Below, piece by piece: positions 20,403 to 31,070 of a stretch of DNA of 64,000 bases (positions are counted from its first letter, which is position 1; each line of letters opens with the position of its first letter). The position numbers and the translations under genes are program-made. The notes below the pieces were generated by a model. The model had not been told where the DNA came from, searched no databases, and saw only the letters and a program-made list of their open reading frames with translations. The stretch comes from Gammaproteobacteria bacterium (lineage in GTDB: Bacteria > Pseudomonadota > Gammaproteobacteria > Eutrophobiales > Eutrophobiaceae), in contig OZ244905.1 in NCBI GenBank assembly GCA_965221695.1, positions 2,656,001-2,720,000 on the forward strand. Reading direction: 5' to 3'.

Positions 20403-21935
20403 ATGACAGACAAATTGATTATCTTCGATACTACATTGCGGGACGGCGAGCAAAGTCCCGGCGCGTCTATGACCCGTGGCGAGAAGATGCGCATCGCCAA
20501 GGCGTTGGAGAAACTGCGGGTGGACGTGATTGAGGCAGGCTTTCCGATTGCCAGCGGCGGAGATTTCGAGGCCGTCAGATCGGTGGCGGAAATCATCAAA
20601 GACAGCGCGGTCTGCGCCCTGGCCCGCACCGGTTACCAGGACATCGACGCGGCAGCCGAGGCGCTGAAACCGGCGCGTGCGGGACGTATCCACACGTTTA
20701 TCGCGACTTCGCCCATCCACATGGAACAGAAGCTCAGGATGGAACCGAAAGAGGTGATTGATGCCGCGGTCAAGGCCGTGAAAAGGGCAAAAAAATATAC
20801 CGATGACATCGAATTTTCTCCGGAAGACGCGGGCCGATCGGAACTGGATTTTTTGTGCCGGATCATCGAAGCGGTCATCGCCGCGGGCGCCACCACCGTC
20901 AACATCCCCGACACGGTGGGTTACAGCATCCCCACGCAGTTCGGGGAGACCATCGGTAATCTTATCGAACGGGTGCCCAACTCCGACAAGGCGGTCTTTT
21001 CGGTGCATTGCCACAACGACCTGGGGCTGGCCGTGGCCAATTCCCTGGCTGCGGTCATGCGCGGCGCCCGGCAGGTGGAATGCACCATCAATGGGCTTGG
21101 CGAGCGCGCCGGCAATGCCTCGTTGGAAGAAATTGTCATGGCTGTGAAGACGCGCGCCGATTACTTCCCTTGCGCTACCGGGCTGGATACGACCGAGATC
21201 GTGAACTGCTCGAAACTTGTGTCGAACGTGACGGGTTTTCCGGTGCAGCCAAACAAGGCTGTGGTGGGCGCCAACGCTTTTGCCCACGAAGCCGGTATCC
21301 ACCAGGACGGGGTGCTCAAGAGTCGCGAAACCTACGAGATTATGCGCGCCCAGGATGTTGGCTGGACAGCAAACCGACTGGTGCTGGGCAAGCATTCCGG
21401 TCGCAATGCCTTTCGCACCAGATTGAGAGATCTGGGGTTTGAATTTTCCAGTGAGAAAGAGTTGAATAGCGCTTTTGTCAAGTTTAAAGAGTTAGCGGAC
21501 AAAAAACATGAGATCTACGACGAAGATCTGCAGGCTCTTGTCACGGACAATATGCAAAACGGAGAGGAAGTAATCAAACTGGTTTCGCTGAAAGTGGTAA
21601 CGGAAACCGGCGAAACGCCTCGGGCTGAGCTGACGCTCTCCATAGACGGAAAGGAAACGCCAGGCAGTTCCGAGGGAGACGGTCCCGTAGACGCGGTGTT
21701 CAAGGCCATTGAAACCCTCGTTACCAGCGGTTGTGAATTACAGTTGTTCTCTGTCAACAATATTACCGGCGGGACGGATTCGCAGGGGGAAGTGACGGTG
21801 CGGGTGAACAAGGACGGGCATGTGATAAACGGTAGGGGTTCGGATACCGATATAGTAGCGGCGTCGGCAAAAGCCTATATCAATGCGATAAACCGCGCTT
21901 GTTCGATAAGCAGTAAGATACATCCACAAGTATGA
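20403..21935 (+). CDS. leuA: 2-isopropylmalate synthase
   Basis: '[14 protein letters not shown]', 'HCHNDLG', 'GERAGNA', regulatory C-terminal domain. Confidence 0.98.
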   Translation: MTDKLIIFDTTLRDGEQSPGASMTRGEKMRIAKALEKLRVDVIEAGFPIASGGDFEAVRSVAEIIKDSAVCALARTGYQDIDAAAEALKPARAGRIHTFIATSPIHMEQKLRMEPKEVIDAAVKAVKRAKKYTDDIEFSPEDAGRSELDFLCRIIEAVIAAGATTVNIPDTVGYSIPTQFGETIGNLIERVPNSDKAVFSVHCHNDLGLAVANSLAAVMRGARQVECTINGLGERAGNASLEEIVMAVKTRADYFPCATGLDTTEIVNCSKLVSNVTGFPVQPNKAVVGANAFAHEAGIHQDGVLKSRETYEIMRAQDVGWTANRLVLGKHSGRNAFRTRLRDLGFEFSSEKELNSAFVKFKELADKKHEIYDEDLQALVTDNMQNGEEVIKLVSLKVVTETGETPRAELTLSIDGKETPGSSEGDGPVDAVFKAIETLVTSGCELQLFSVNNITGGTDSQGEVTVRVNKDGHVINGRGSDTDIVAASAKAYINAINRACSISSKIHPQV

Positions 21936-22687
21936 GGCTTGCGCCCCGGCAATATCGATACCTGCGCGCCCTTGGCATAGAGGTCTACAAGATTCGCAAT
22001 ATGGAGGGCGGTAGACAGGAGTCCGATAACGGGCAAGCGGACGCGGCAGGCCAGGATACGGATGTCACTGAGTTAAGCAGCCAGATTGAGCCTGGCGGGC
22101 CCGCTGGCGTCGCCTCGGGTAATGTTATCCAGGATTGGGAAGCTCTGCAGCGCGAGGTGGCCGGATGCCGTTTGTGCCCTTTGCATGAGAACAGAACACA
22201 GACGGTATTCGGCGTGGGCGATGTGAATGCGGATTGGATGCTGATCGGCGAGGCGCCTGGAGCCGAGGAAGACCGGCGCGGCGAACCATTTGTCGGCCGG
22301 GCCGGAAAACTGCTGGACGCTATGCTGAACGCGTTGGGAATGTCCCGGCAGCAGGTCTTTATCGCCAATATCCTGAAGTGCCGCCCGCCAAATAATCGTG
22401 ACCCCAGGCCTGAAGAAGTCCTGGCTTGCGAACAGTATCTGGCGCGGCAGATTAGCGCGGTTAAACCCAAACTTATCCTGGCGCTGGGCCGGGTTGCAGC
22501 CCAGAATCTGCTGAAGACGGAAACACCCATCGGAAAAATGCGCGGCCAACGTTTCCAGTACGGTGACCCCCCCATTCCGGTCGTGGTAACATATCATCCT
22601 GCCTACCTGTTGCGTTCGCCGCGGGAGAAAAGAAAGTCCTGGCAGGATTTGCAGTTGGCAATGACCGTCTATAAAGAACAGATATGA
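21932..22687 (+). CDS. Family 4 uracil-DNA glycosylase
   Basis: CxxC, 'GEAPG.EED..GEPFVG.AG', 'N.LKCRPP.NR', 'TYHPAYLLR'. Confidence 0.93.
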   Translation: MRLAPRQYRYLRALGIEVYKIRNMEGGRQESDNGQADAAGQDTDVTELSSQIEPGGPAGVASGNVIQDWEALQREVAGCRLCPLHENRTQTVFGVGDVNADWMLIGEAPGAEEDRRGEPFVGRAGKLLDAMLNALGMSRQQVFIANILKCRPPNNRDPRPEEVLACEQYLARQISAVKPKLILALGRVAAQNLLKTETPIGKMRGQRFQYGDPPIPVVVTYHPAYLLRSPREKRKSWQDLQLAMTVYKEQI

Positions 22688-23151
22688 ATGCCGTCCTGAA
22701 ACTTGACGAGTTAACCCTGCGCCCCATGGCGGAGACGGATATCGGCGATGTGTTGCAGATTGAATGTGCGGCGTATGCGTTTCCCTGGAGCCGGAACATA
22801 TTCAAGGGCTGCTTGCGGGACAACTATTGTTGCCGGGTAGTGGAGCTGGATGGACAAATCGCCGGTTATGCAATCCTCTCCATGGGGGCCGATGAGGCGC
22901 ACCTGCTGAATCTGTGCGTGGACACCGGATATCACAGGATGGGACTGGGCGATGTTTTGCTGAAAAACCTGCTGGACTACGCCCGGACACAGGGAGCAGT
23001 CACCACGTTTCTGGAAGTGCGGCCTTCCAATACGGCCGCGCGCAGGTTTTATCAAAGCCGGGGCTTCGTGGAAGTCGGTTCTCGCCCCAATTATTATCCT
23101 TCCAGGTTCGGGAGAGAAGACGCTATCATAATGGCCCGGGAGATGGTGTAA
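22684..23151 (+). CDS. rimI: Ribosomal protein S18 alanine acetyltransferase
   Basis: 'IE...Y.FPWS', 'EAHLLN', 'FLEVRPSN..A..FY...GF', 'YYP....REDA'. Confidence 0.93.
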   Translation: MNAVLKLDELTLRPMAETDIGDVLQIECAAYAFPWSRNIFKGCLRDNYCCRVVELDGQIAGYAILSMGADEAHLLNLCVDTGYHRMGLGDVLLKNLLDYARTQGAVTTFLEVRPSNTAARRFYQSRGFVEVGSRPNYYPSRFGREDAIIMAREMV

Positions 23152-23155
23152 GACA

Positions 23156-24064
23156 ATGTCTGAGATAACGCCGCTCGATTATCCCACCATTGACTCCAGC
23201 GTTGGCAACACCCCACTGGTGCGGCTGCAACGCCTGACCGGCGACAGTTCCAATACCATTCTGGCAAAACTGGAAGGCAATAATCCAGCGGGCTCGGTCA
23301 AGGACCGGCCTGCGCTGAGCATGATCCGGCAGGCTGAACAGCGTGGAGAGATCAAGCCCGGCGATGCGCTGATTGAAGCCACCAGCGGCAACACGGGCAT
23401 CGCCTTGGCGATGGTGGCTGCCATTCGTGGTTACCGGATGCTTCTGATCATGCCGGACAACCTCAGCGTTGAGCGGCGCAGCGCGATGCGCGCCTTCGGC
23501 GCAGAGCTGATACTGGTTACAAAAGAGGAAGGCATGGAAGGCGCCCGCGACCTGGCTCAGGAAATGGAAAAACAAGGCAAGGGAAAGATATTGGACCAGT
23601 TCGCCAACCCGGATAATCCCTTGGCGCACTATGAGGGCACAGGCCCGGAAATCTGGCGGGACACGAATGGCAGCGTGACGCATTTTGTCAGCGCGATGGG
23701 GACAACCGGAACTATTATGGGCGTTTCTAAATATCTGAAGGAAAAAAATCGGCAGGTTCAGATCATCGGGGTACAACCGGCGGGCGATGAAAACATTCCC
23801 GGTATCAGACGCTGGCCCAAGGCCTATCTGCCCAGGATCTTCCAGCGTGAGCGGGTGGACCGGATCATTGATGTGACTCCGGCAGAAGCGGAAGAAATGA
23901 CCCGGCGGCTGGCGGATGATGAAGGAATCTTTGCCGGCATTTCCTCCGGCGGCGCAGTCTCAGCCGCGTTGCGCTTGTCTGAGGAATTGGAACACGCGCT
24001 AATCGTGGTGATCATCTGCGACCGCGGCGACCGTTACCTCTCCTCAAGTGTCTTCCCGGATTGA
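23156..24064 (+). CDS. cysM: Cysteine synthase B
   Basis: 'GNTPLVRL', 'KLEGNNPAGSVKDRPA', 'IPGIRRWP..YLP.IF', 'CDRGDRYLS'. Confidence 0.95.
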   Translation: MSEITPLDYPTIDSSVGNTPLVRLQRLTGDSSNTILAKLEGNNPAGSVKDRPALSMIRQAEQRGEIKPGDALIEATSGNTGIALAMVAAIRGYRMLLIMPDNLSVERRSAMRAFGAELILVTKEEGMEGARDLAQEMEKQGKGKILDQFANPDNPLAHYEGTGPEIWRDTNGSVTHFVSAMGTTGTIMGVSKYLKEKNRQVQIIGVQPAGDENIPGIRRWPKAYLPRIFQRERVDRIIDVTPAEAEEMTRRLADDEGIFAGISSGGAVSAALRLSEELEHALIVVIICDRGDRYLSSSVFPD

Positions 24065-24846
24065 ATATTCTCGTCTTTGACATCGAAACCATCCCGGACA
24101 TCGATAGCGGGCGGCGTCTGTACGGGTTGGAAGGCCTGTCGGATAAGGACACCGCCGAGGCGATGTTCAAAATCCGTCGCCAGGAGACGGACAATACTTC
24201 CGACTTTCTGCGCTTGCACCTGCACCGGGTGGTGGCGATTTCGGTCGTGCTCGCGACTCGCGATAACGTCAGTGTCTGGTCACTGGGCACACCGGAATCA
24301 TCTGAGGAGGAACTGGTGCAGCGCTTCTTTGACGGTATCGAAAAATACACGCCGACACTGGTTTCCTGGAACGGCCGCGGCTTTGACCTGCCGGTGCTGC
24401 ATTATCGCTCGCTGCTGCATGGTATCTCAGCTCCCGGCTACTGGGAGACGGGTGACGAGAACCAGAGTTTCCGCTGGAACAATTACCTCAACCGCTTCCA
24501 TCAACGCCATACGGACCTGATGGATGTGCTGGCCGGCTACGAACTGCGCGCCGCCGCGCCCCTGGACGATATTTCCGCGATGCTGGGTTTCCCCGGCAAG
24601 ATGGGCATGTCAGGAGGCAAGGTATGGGAGAGTTACCTGGCCGGCGCGATCGAAACGATCCGCAATTATTGTGAAACGGATGTGCTCAACACCTACCTGG
24701 TCTACCTGCGCTTTCTGCTGATCAGTGGGCGCTATTCAGAGCAGGGCCATCAGCAGGCGTGCGACCGGTTGAAACAGGTCCTGGCGGCCGAGGACAAGCC
24801 GCACCTGGCGGCGTTTCTTGAAGCCTGGGAGGGCGCTGAGCAGTAA
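24061..24846 (+). CDS. PolB-like 3'-5' exonuclease
   Basis: 'VFDIETIPD', 'SWNG.GFDLPVL', 'YCETDVLNT' (DEDDy); TTG start overlapping the cysM stop. Confidence 0.88.
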   Translation: MNILVFDIETIPDIDSGRRLYGLEGLSDKDTAEAMFKIRRQETDNTSDFLRLHLHRVVAISVVLATRDNVSVWSLGTPESSEEELVQRFFDGIEKYTPTLVSWNGRGFDLPVLHYRSLLHGISAPGYWETGDENQSFRWNNYLNRFHQRHTDLMDVLAGYELRAAAPLDDISAMLGFPGKMGMSGGKVWESYLAGAIETIRNYCETDVLNTYLVYLRFLLISGRYSEQGHQQACDRLKQVLAAEDKPHLAAFLEAWEGAEQ

Positions 24847-24880
24847 CCCAGGCACAGGATAAGCCTGTCCCATTCACGTA

Positions 24881-25864
24881 TCAGTAACGCGGGTTCTTTT
24901 CCCAGTCGTAACTGGTACGGACAATAAACTCCAGGTCGTCATAGCGAGGCTGCCAGTCCAACGCTTTCTTCGCTGAACTGCCGTCCGCGATCAACTGTGG
25001 CGGGTCGCCGGGTCGGCGGCCGGTCTCGACAACGGGTATGGGACTGCCGTGGACCTGTTCCAATGCCCGCAGCGCTTCACGCACGCTGTAACCATGTCCG
25101 TAGCCGCAATTTACGGTAATGGAATCACCTCCGTTTTCCAGGCTGCGCAGGGCTTGAACATGGGCGTCGGCCAGGTCGCTCACGTGGATGTAGTCCCTGA
25201 TGCCAGTGCCGTCCGGGGTCGGATAGTCCGTGCCGTAAATATATAGCTCCCCGCGCTTCCCCAGCGCCGTTTCACAGGCAACCTTGATCAGCAGGGTGCA
25301 ATCGGGGGTCGACTGCCCGATGCGGCCCTTCGGGTCGGCGCCGGCCACGTTAAAATAGCGCAGGATCGCATGCTTCAGGGAGCCCGCCCCGGAGACATCC
25401 CGGAGCATCACCTCGGTCATGAGTTTGGACCTTCCGTAGGGATTCACGGGTTCGGTGGGGGTTTGTAGGGTGGCTGTTCCGGATTCGGGAATGCCATATA
25501 CCGCGGCCGTGGAGGAAAATACAAAATACCTGACGCCGGCTTGCACGCAGGCCTCCAGCAGGTTGCGGGATTTTGCGGTATTGTTCTCGTAATACCAAAG
25601 GGGTTTCAGAACGGACTCCGGGACGATCGTGGAGCCGGCGAAATGCATGACCGCAGCTACCTGCCGCTTTTGTAACAGCAGCGCCAGCAGTTCCTTGTTA
25701 CCGGTATCCCCTTGAACCAGTTCACAGTCCATGACCGCCTCTGCAAACCCTTTGGACAGGTCATCGAGGATGATGACCTCGTAACCCTCCTGCAACAGAT
25801 CTAACGCGACATGGCTGCCGATATAACCGGCGCCGCCGGTCAGCAGGATCGTCTTGTCACCCAT
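24881..25864 (-). CDS. galE: UDP-glucose 4-epimerase
   Basis: 'TGGAGYIGSH', 'FSSTAAVYG', 'PYGRSK', 'LRYFNVAGA', 'TPDGTGIRDYIHV'. Confidence 0.95.
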   Translation of the reverse strand: MGDKTILLTGGAGYIGSHVALDLLQEGYEVIILDDLSKGFAEAVMDCELVQGDTGNKELLALLLQKRQVAAVMHFAGSTIVPESVLKPLWYYENNTAKSRNLLEACVQAGVRYFVFSSTAAVYGIPESGTATLQTPTEPVNPYGRSKLMTEVMLRDVSGAGSLKHAILRYFNVAGADPKGRIGQSTPDCTLLIKVACETALGKRGELYIYGTDYPTPDGTGIRDYIHVSDLADAHVQALRSLENGGDSITVNCGYGHGYSVREALRALEQVHGSPIPVVETGRRPGDPPQLIADGSSAKKALDWQPRYDDLEFIVRTSYDWEKNPRY

Positions 25865-25873
25865 GGACCACTC

Positions 25874-26365
25874 TCATACGAACAGGTTTACCTCGCACCC
25901 TTCTTCAACCAAGTCGAACAGCTCAGTCACGTCACTGTTGCGCATGCGTATGCATCCCGCTGAACCCGGAACGCCCATCTGCATATCATCGGGTGCGCCA
26001 TGAATATAGATGTAACGGTTATAGGTATCCACCGTACCACCCTGGTTGAACCCCGGTTCTTCTCCCTGCAGCCAGATAATGCGGGTAAGTATCCAGTCGC
26101 GCCCCGGATGCTGCCGGCGCAATGCCGGGTGGTATATCTCTCCGGTGGGTACTCTGCCGGCAAACACCGTGCCGGATGGTTGCCCGGCGCCGATCTTCTC
26201 TGCAATACTGTGCCTGCCGCGCGGAGTGCAACCGCTGTCGAGTTGTTCACCGATGCCGTTTTTTCCGGTTGATACGGAATATTCACGGACGACGCCGGCA
26301 GGCCCAAGCAGTTGCAACACCTGCCGGGTCAAATCGATACTGATCCTGTGGGTAACGGACTGCAT
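25874..26365 (-). CDS. L,D-transpeptidase (YkuD) family protein
   Basis: 'VSTG.NG', 'TPRG', 'IYIHG......GVPGS.GCIRM'. Confidence 0.88.
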   Translation of the reverse strand: MQSVTHRISIDLTRQVLQLLGPAGVVREYSVSTGKNGIGEQLDSGCTPRGRHSIAEKIGAGQPSGTVFAGRVPTGEIYHPALRRQHPGRDWILTRIIWLQGEEPGFNQGGTVDTYNRYIYIHGAPDDMQMGVPGSAGCIRMRNSDVTELFDLVEEGCEVNLFV

Positions 26366-26380
26366 TGCTTTTGTGCCTGA

Positions 26381-26411
26381 AGAACCTTAGAGATAAAGTC
26401 CAGAGCTTACC
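26381..26411. repeat. Degenerate minimal copy of the IS5-like MITE family
   Basis: AGAACCTTAGAGATAAAGTCCAGAGCTTACC resembles 8184-8212. Confidence 0.5.
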
Positions 26412-27734
26412 TTATTCAAACAACGCGATGGATTCAACATGGGAAGTGTGTGGAAACATATCCATCACGCCGGCCGCGGACAGCCCCAGCCCGCCCTGGT
26501 TCACCAGTATACCGGCATCTCGGGCAAGGGTGGCGGGGTTGCAGGAAACGTACACCAGTTTTTCCACCTGTTCCAGGTCCAGTTGTTCGATGATCTCCCG
26601 GGCGCCGCTGCGCGGCGGGTCAAGCAGGACTTTATTGTACACGTGTTCGGATACAAGAGAACCGGCATCCGGTTTCGACAGGTCACAGGCGCTGAAGTTA
26701 GCGTTGCTGAGGCCGTTCTTGCGCGCATTGTCTTGCGCGCGCAGCACCAGGTCTTCTGAGCCTTCCAACCCGGTTGCCTGTTGCGCGTATTTTGCTAGCG
26801 GAAGCGTAAAGTTGCCCAGCCCGCAGAACAGGTCAAGGACCGAGTCATCGGCGCCGGGGTCCAGCAGTTCGATTACCCGGTCGACCAGCATCGCGTTGAG
26901 ATCGAAATTCACCTGGGTAAAATCGAGAGGCGAGAATTCTATGCTGATGCCGTGCTTGTCCAGCCGATAGCGCAACTCCGACTCAGTCTGGTCGGACAGG
27001 CTGTGTACACTATCCAGTCCCGCAGGTTGCAGGTAAAACCTGATCGCGCTTGTTGTTTCGTAGTCGGCCAGGATGGTTTTGTCCGTGTCAGTCAGCGGCG
27101 CCAGGTGCCGGATCACCACGGCGGCCACCGCATCGCTGACAGCCACTTCCAACTGGGGTATTTGCCGGTAGACAGACAGCTTGTGCATCAATTCCTTGAG
27201 CTGCCCGATTTCTTCTCCGAGCATCGGGTGCAGGACTGCGCAGGAATCCATGTCGGCAATGTAACTGCTGTGTTTTTCCCTGAAGCCCACCAGTACCTTT
27301 TTCTTACCGGCGACGTATTTGACGCCCAGCCTGGCCTTACGCCGGTAGCCCCAGTCGGACGCAGCCAGCGGCGGTAGGACTTGTTCAGGCTTGATCCCGG
27401 CTATGTGCCGCAACTGTTCAAGCAGCGCCGATTGCTTGTGCCGAACCTGCTCCCCGGGGTCAAGATGCATCAGGCTGCAACCGCCGCATACACTATAATG
27501 CGGACAGCGGGGTTCGACCCGTAAACCTGATGGTTCATCGACCTCCACCACTCTTCCTTCATCGAATTGCCCGCGCTTACGGGTGTAGCGAAACCGGACG
27601 CGCTCACCCGGCAGGGCGCCGTCAATAAAAACGGTTTTACCGCCGATTCGGGCGATACCTCTGCCTTCATGGGAAAGGGATGTTATCGATGCCGAAGTGG
27701 GTTCGGCAGGTTGTTTATGGCGCGGGCGTGACAT
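26412..27734 (-). CDS. rlmD: 23S rRNA m5U1939 methyltransferase
   Basis: TRAM domain, 'CPH...CGGC', 'F.QVN', 'LDLFCGLGNF', 'LDPPRSG', 'YVSCNPATLARD', 'DMFPHT.HVE'. Confidence 0.95.
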   Translation of the reverse strand: MSRPRHKQPAEPTSASITSLSHEGRGIARIGGKTVFIDGALPGERVRFRYTRKRGQFDEGRVVEVDEPSGLRVEPRCPHYSVCGGCSLMHLDPGEQVRHKQSALLEQLRHIAGIKPEQVLPPLAASDWGYRRKARLGVKYVAGKKKVLVGFREKHSSYIADMDSCAVLHPMLGEEIGQLKELMHKLSVYRQIPQLEVAVSDAVAAVVIRHLAPLTDTDKTILADYETTSAIRFYLQPAGLDSVHSLSDQTESELRYRLDKHGISIEFSPLDFTQVNFDLNAMLVDRVIELLDPGADDSVLDLFCGLGNFTLPLAKYAQQATGLEGSEDLVLRAQDNARKNGLSNANFSACDLSKPDAGSLVSEHVYNKVLLDPPRSGAREIIEQLDLEQVEKLVYVSCNPATLARDAGILVNQGGLGLSAAGVMDMFPHTSHVESIALFE

Positions 27735-27850
27735 TGACTGATTATATCAGCGCAGCGCTGTTTATACTCCTTGTCCAGAGTAAGAAATCCGGCCATGAAA
27801 GGATTATAATCCGCAGTTTGTATTGATAATCCGAAAAATCATGAATCAGG

Positions 27851-29416
27851 ATGAGTAACAACGGCGAACGTGGGGCGAGCTTGCGCGCGCGCACGCTACG
27901 CGGGATGGGATGGTCTTCTGCCGCTGTCGTTATCAAGGCGTTACTTTCGCTACTGGTATTGGCGCTACTCGCGCGGCTGCTGACGCCGGTCGATTTCGGT
28001 CTGATCGGCATTGCCTGGATTTTCATTATGCTCGGCGCCAGGTTTGGCCTGGCGCTGGTCGGGCCGGCAATTGTGCAACGGGCTGAGTTGACCGATGGCC
28101 ATATTCAGGTGGGCGTCGCGCTGTCGATGATCATCGCCATCACAATGACAGCGCTGGCCTGGTTGCTGGCGCCATCGATCGGCGCATTCTTCAGCGAACC
28201 GACGGCGGCGCGCGTCCTGCAGGTATTATCCGTCATATTCATTATCGAAGGCATTGGGAGTGTTCCTGTCCATCTTCTGCGACGCGACCTGCGTTTCAGG
28301 GAATTGAATACCGCCGATTTGCTCGCGTATGCTATCGGCTATGGCGTTACCGCAGTGACGCTGGCTCTCCAGGGATTTGGCGTCTGGTCCCTGGTTTGGG
28401 GCGAGATCATGCATAAGGCAGTTCATACCATCGTAGCGTTACGCTATACGCACAGGCTTCTTTATCCCCGCTGGGCGACGCGCGAGGCAACGGAACTACT
28501 GACGATGGGGGCGGGCTTTTCGCTGGCCCATTCGTTTGAGTTCATCGCCCGGCAGGGCGGCTATTTTGTCGTCGGACGCTGGCTGGGGGCAACGTCGCTG
28601 GGCTACTATACGCGCGCCGACAAACTGGTTGTGGCGCCAAGAAACTATTTCAATCACGCTTTATTTCAAGTTCTGTTTCCCGCGATGTCGCAGCGGCAGC
28701 AGGGAACAGCCCGTCTGGCAACCATCTACCTGCATGGTATTGAGATCCTGGCCCTGCTGGCCCTGCTGATCGGTGTGATGCTGTTTTTATGCGCTCCCGA
28801 AATCGTTTCAGTCATACTGGGAGGACAGTGGGAGCCGGTTGTCATGCTTCTGCAGATTCTTGCTTTTGCCGTTTTATTCCAGATGTGCGATGTATTGAAC
28901 CTTGCAACCATCGGCGCTCTGGGCGCGGTATATCGCCAGGCCTGGCGTCAGGGGATTCATGCTTTTTTAGTCGTAGGCGGCGCTTGGTTTGCGAGCCGGT
29001 GGGGCCTGGAAAGCGTGGTTGTTGCGATTGTCGGCGCCCAGATTATCGCTTCCCTGTTGTTGGCGCAGTTAACGCTATCGTTGCTGGACATAAGTTGGCG
29101 CCGATTTCTGCGCCGTCTGGCGCCGGCATTGTGGGTTGGCGTCTGGGTTGTACTGCTACTCTGGCTGGTCACGCAGCAGGCCAGGACTATGTCCTTGGCG
29201 GTCGGCGTATTGTTGTCCATTGAGGTTGTTGTCTGGATTGCGACAGCGATTGCCGCAGTGTATTGCGCGCCGGCTGTTGCGCGTCCTGAATCCATCCGCT
29301 GGATTGTTGCAAATATGCCGTTTGAGGTTTTCGGCGCGCCGGGAGATTACCTGAGAAACGGACTGAAATGGTTGATGCGTGATACCCGTGATCCTAAGAG
29401 GGCAGGTGTTGGTTGA
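27851..29416 (+). CDS. Polysaccharide flippase (WzxC-like)
   Basis: Multi-TM; 'LARLLTP.DFG', 'G...AIVQR', 'LLRRDLRF', 'GYYTRA'. Confidence 0.85.
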   Translation: MSNNGERGASLRARTLRGMGWSSAAVVIKALLSLLVLALLARLLTPVDFGLIGIAWIFIMLGARFGLALVGPAIVQRAELTDGHIQVGVALSMIIAITMTALAWLLAPSIGAFFSEPTAARVLQVLSVIFIIEGIGSVPVHLLRRDLRFRELNTADLLAYAIGYGVTAVTLALQGFGVWSLVWGEIMHKAVHTIVALRYTHRLLYPRWATREATELLTMGAGFSLAHSFEFIARQGGYFVVGRWLGATSLGYYTRADKLVVAPRNYFNHALFQVLFPAMSQRQQGTARLATIYLHGIEILALLALLIGVMLFLCAPEIVSVILGGQWEPVVMLLQILAFAVLFQMCDVLNLATIGALGAVYRQAWRQGIHAFLVVGGAWFASRWGLESVVVAIVGAQIIASLLLAQLTLSLLDISWRRFLRRLAPALWVGVWVVLLLWLVTQQARTMSLAVGVLLSIEVVVWIATAIAAVYCAPAVARPESIRWIVANMPFEVFGAPGDYLRNGLKWLMRDTRDPKRAGVG

Positions 29417-29464
29417 CGCGGGCGAGACACCCGCGCTCCCAGGGGGTTGCCCTGGGGCGTGTTA

Positions 29465-29536
29465 CTCCGGGACAGGACTTGTCATAATATGGCACATCCC
29501 TGTATCGTAGGAACCTATGAATTTCACAGACCTCCC
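29465..29536 (+). mobile_element. Deleted IS5-like MITE copy
   Basis: GGACTTGTCA..ACATCCCTGTATCGTAGGAACCT matches internal and 3' parts of 48342-48492. Confidence 0.6.
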
Positions 29537-29545
29537 AGTTAACCC

Positions 29546-30193
29546 GTGAATGAAAAAATTGGCGTGCGTGACGGGTATAAACGCGTCTTTGACCTGACTG
29601 TTATCACGATCACTTATATTCTGTTTTTTCCCCTGTGGCTGATCGTTTGGATCTTGGTCCCGCTCGCGATCTGGCTGGAGGATCGTGGCCCGGTGTTCTA
29701 TGCGCAGGAACGGGTAGGATGGGGAGGCAAGCATTTCAAGGTCATCAAGTTCCGCACTATGATCCAGGATGCAGAGAACAAGACCGGTCAGGTCTGGGCC
29801 GCGGAAGATGATCCCCGTCTCACCCGCGTCGGAAAAATGCTGCGCAGGTTGCATCTTGACGAGATCCCGCAGGTTATCAATATTGTCAGGGGTGAGATGA
29901 GCCTGGTGGGTCCGCGGCCCGAACGCCCGGCGTTAACTGAACAGTTCAACCGTGAGGCGCCGGGATTCTCGGATCGTCTCAGGGTCAGGCCGGGTATTGC
30001 CGGACTCGCCCAGGTGCGTGGCAGCTACTGGACCGACCCGATTTACAAACTGAAGTACGACAACCTGTACATCGAAACGATGAGTCCCTGGTTGGACCTC
30101 AAATTGCTGTTTCTTGCCGTCTGGGTCGCGATCAAACGTATGTTTTACGGCGCGGACGCGTCTGTTGCCGACAACAGCTCGGACCGGGATTAA
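29546..30193 (+). CDS. Monotopic phosphoglycosyl transferase (bacterial sugar transferase)
   Basis: 'KRVFD', 'GPVFY.QERVG', 'KFRTM', 'DPR.TRVG', 'LDE.PQ..N...GEMSLVGPRPE'. Confidence 0.93.
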   Translation: MNEKIGVRDGYKRVFDLTVITITYILFFPLWLIVWILVPLAIWLEDRGPVFYAQERVGWGGKHFKVIKFRTMIQDAENKTGQVWAAEDDPRLTRVGKMLRRLHLDEIPQVINIVRGEMSLVGPRPERPALTEQFNREAPGFSDRLRVRPGIAGLAQVRGSYWTDPIYKLKYDNLYIETMSPWLDLKLLFLAVWVAIKRMFYGADASVADNSSDRD

Positions 30194-30199
30194 GCGCAA

Positions 30200-31057
30200 A
30201 TGCAATCGGTAACAGAGGACAAGTCTGCGCGCCGGGTTACTGTTTCAATCATTATCCTGACCTGGAACTCCGAGCGGCAGATCGGCTCCTGCCTGGCCTC
30301 ACTCAGCCGGGGGCTGGCCGAGTTTCCCTACGAAGTGATTGTGGTCGACAATGGTTCTCAGGATCAAACACGCGCCATCATCAAGGATGTCCGACCCGAC
30401 GCGCAGTTGCTGTGTTATCCCGAAAACCATGGCGTTACCCTGACCCGCAACCATGGTATTCGTGTGGCAGGGGGAGATTACATCATTATTCTTGATGATG
30501 ACACGGTCGTGCAGCCTGGCGCGCTGGATTGCCTCATCCGTTATCTGGAGGACCATCCCGGAGCGGGACTGTGTGGACCTAAACTGATAGGCGTTGATGG
30601 GGAACTGCAGTTATCGTGCCGCTACTTTCCAACGTTGCTCGACAAGCTTGCCCGACGGCTGCCTTCGCCTCTGGCTCAATATGTTAACCGCAAGATAGAG
30701 ATGGCAGACTGGGACCACCGCACGACCCGGCGGGTCGATTATGTCATCGGCGCCTGCCAGGCTATCCGCCGGCGCGCGTTAGAGGATGCCGGCTTGTTTG
30801 ACGAACGAATCTTTTATGCTCCGGAGGATGTTGATATCTGCTTGCGCCTGCAACTGGCCGGTTGGTCGGTGGTGTATAATCCCGAAGCCGTCGTTATGCA
30901 TGAGGAACGCAGGATTACACGGTCCATGAGCTCCCCCCTTTTCTGGAAACATGTCCAGGGACTTTGTTATTTTTTTTGGAAACACGGGTATTTGTTTTCC
31001 CGCCGGGGTTTGTACAACAGGATCCCGGATTCCGCCAGGAGCACGCTACATAAATAA
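30200..31057 (+). CDS. GT2 glycosyltransferase (WbbL/rhamnosyltransferase-like)
   Basis: 'SIIILTWN', 'VVDNGSQD', 'LDDD', 'GAC', 'EDVD.C.R'. Confidence 0.88.
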   Translation: MQSVTEDKSARRVTVSIIILTWNSERQIGSCLASLSRGLAEFPYEVIVVDNGSQDQTRAIIKDVRPDAQLLCYPENHGVTLTRNHGIRVAGGDYIIILDDDTVVQPGALDCLIRYLEDHPGAGLCGPKLIGVDGELQLSCRYFPTLLDKLARRLPSPLAQYVNRKIEMADWDHRTTRRVDYVIGACQAIRRRALEDAGLFDERIFYAPEDVDICLRLQLAGWSVVYNPEAVVMHEERRITRSMSSPLFWKHVQGLCYFFWKHGYLFSRRGLYNRIPDSARSTLHK

Positions 31058-31070
31058 TGGACAATTGCCG

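Noticed and set aside
20322-21395. 357-aa antisense ORF opposite leuA
   Set aside because: Shadow ORF fully overlapping a confident gene.
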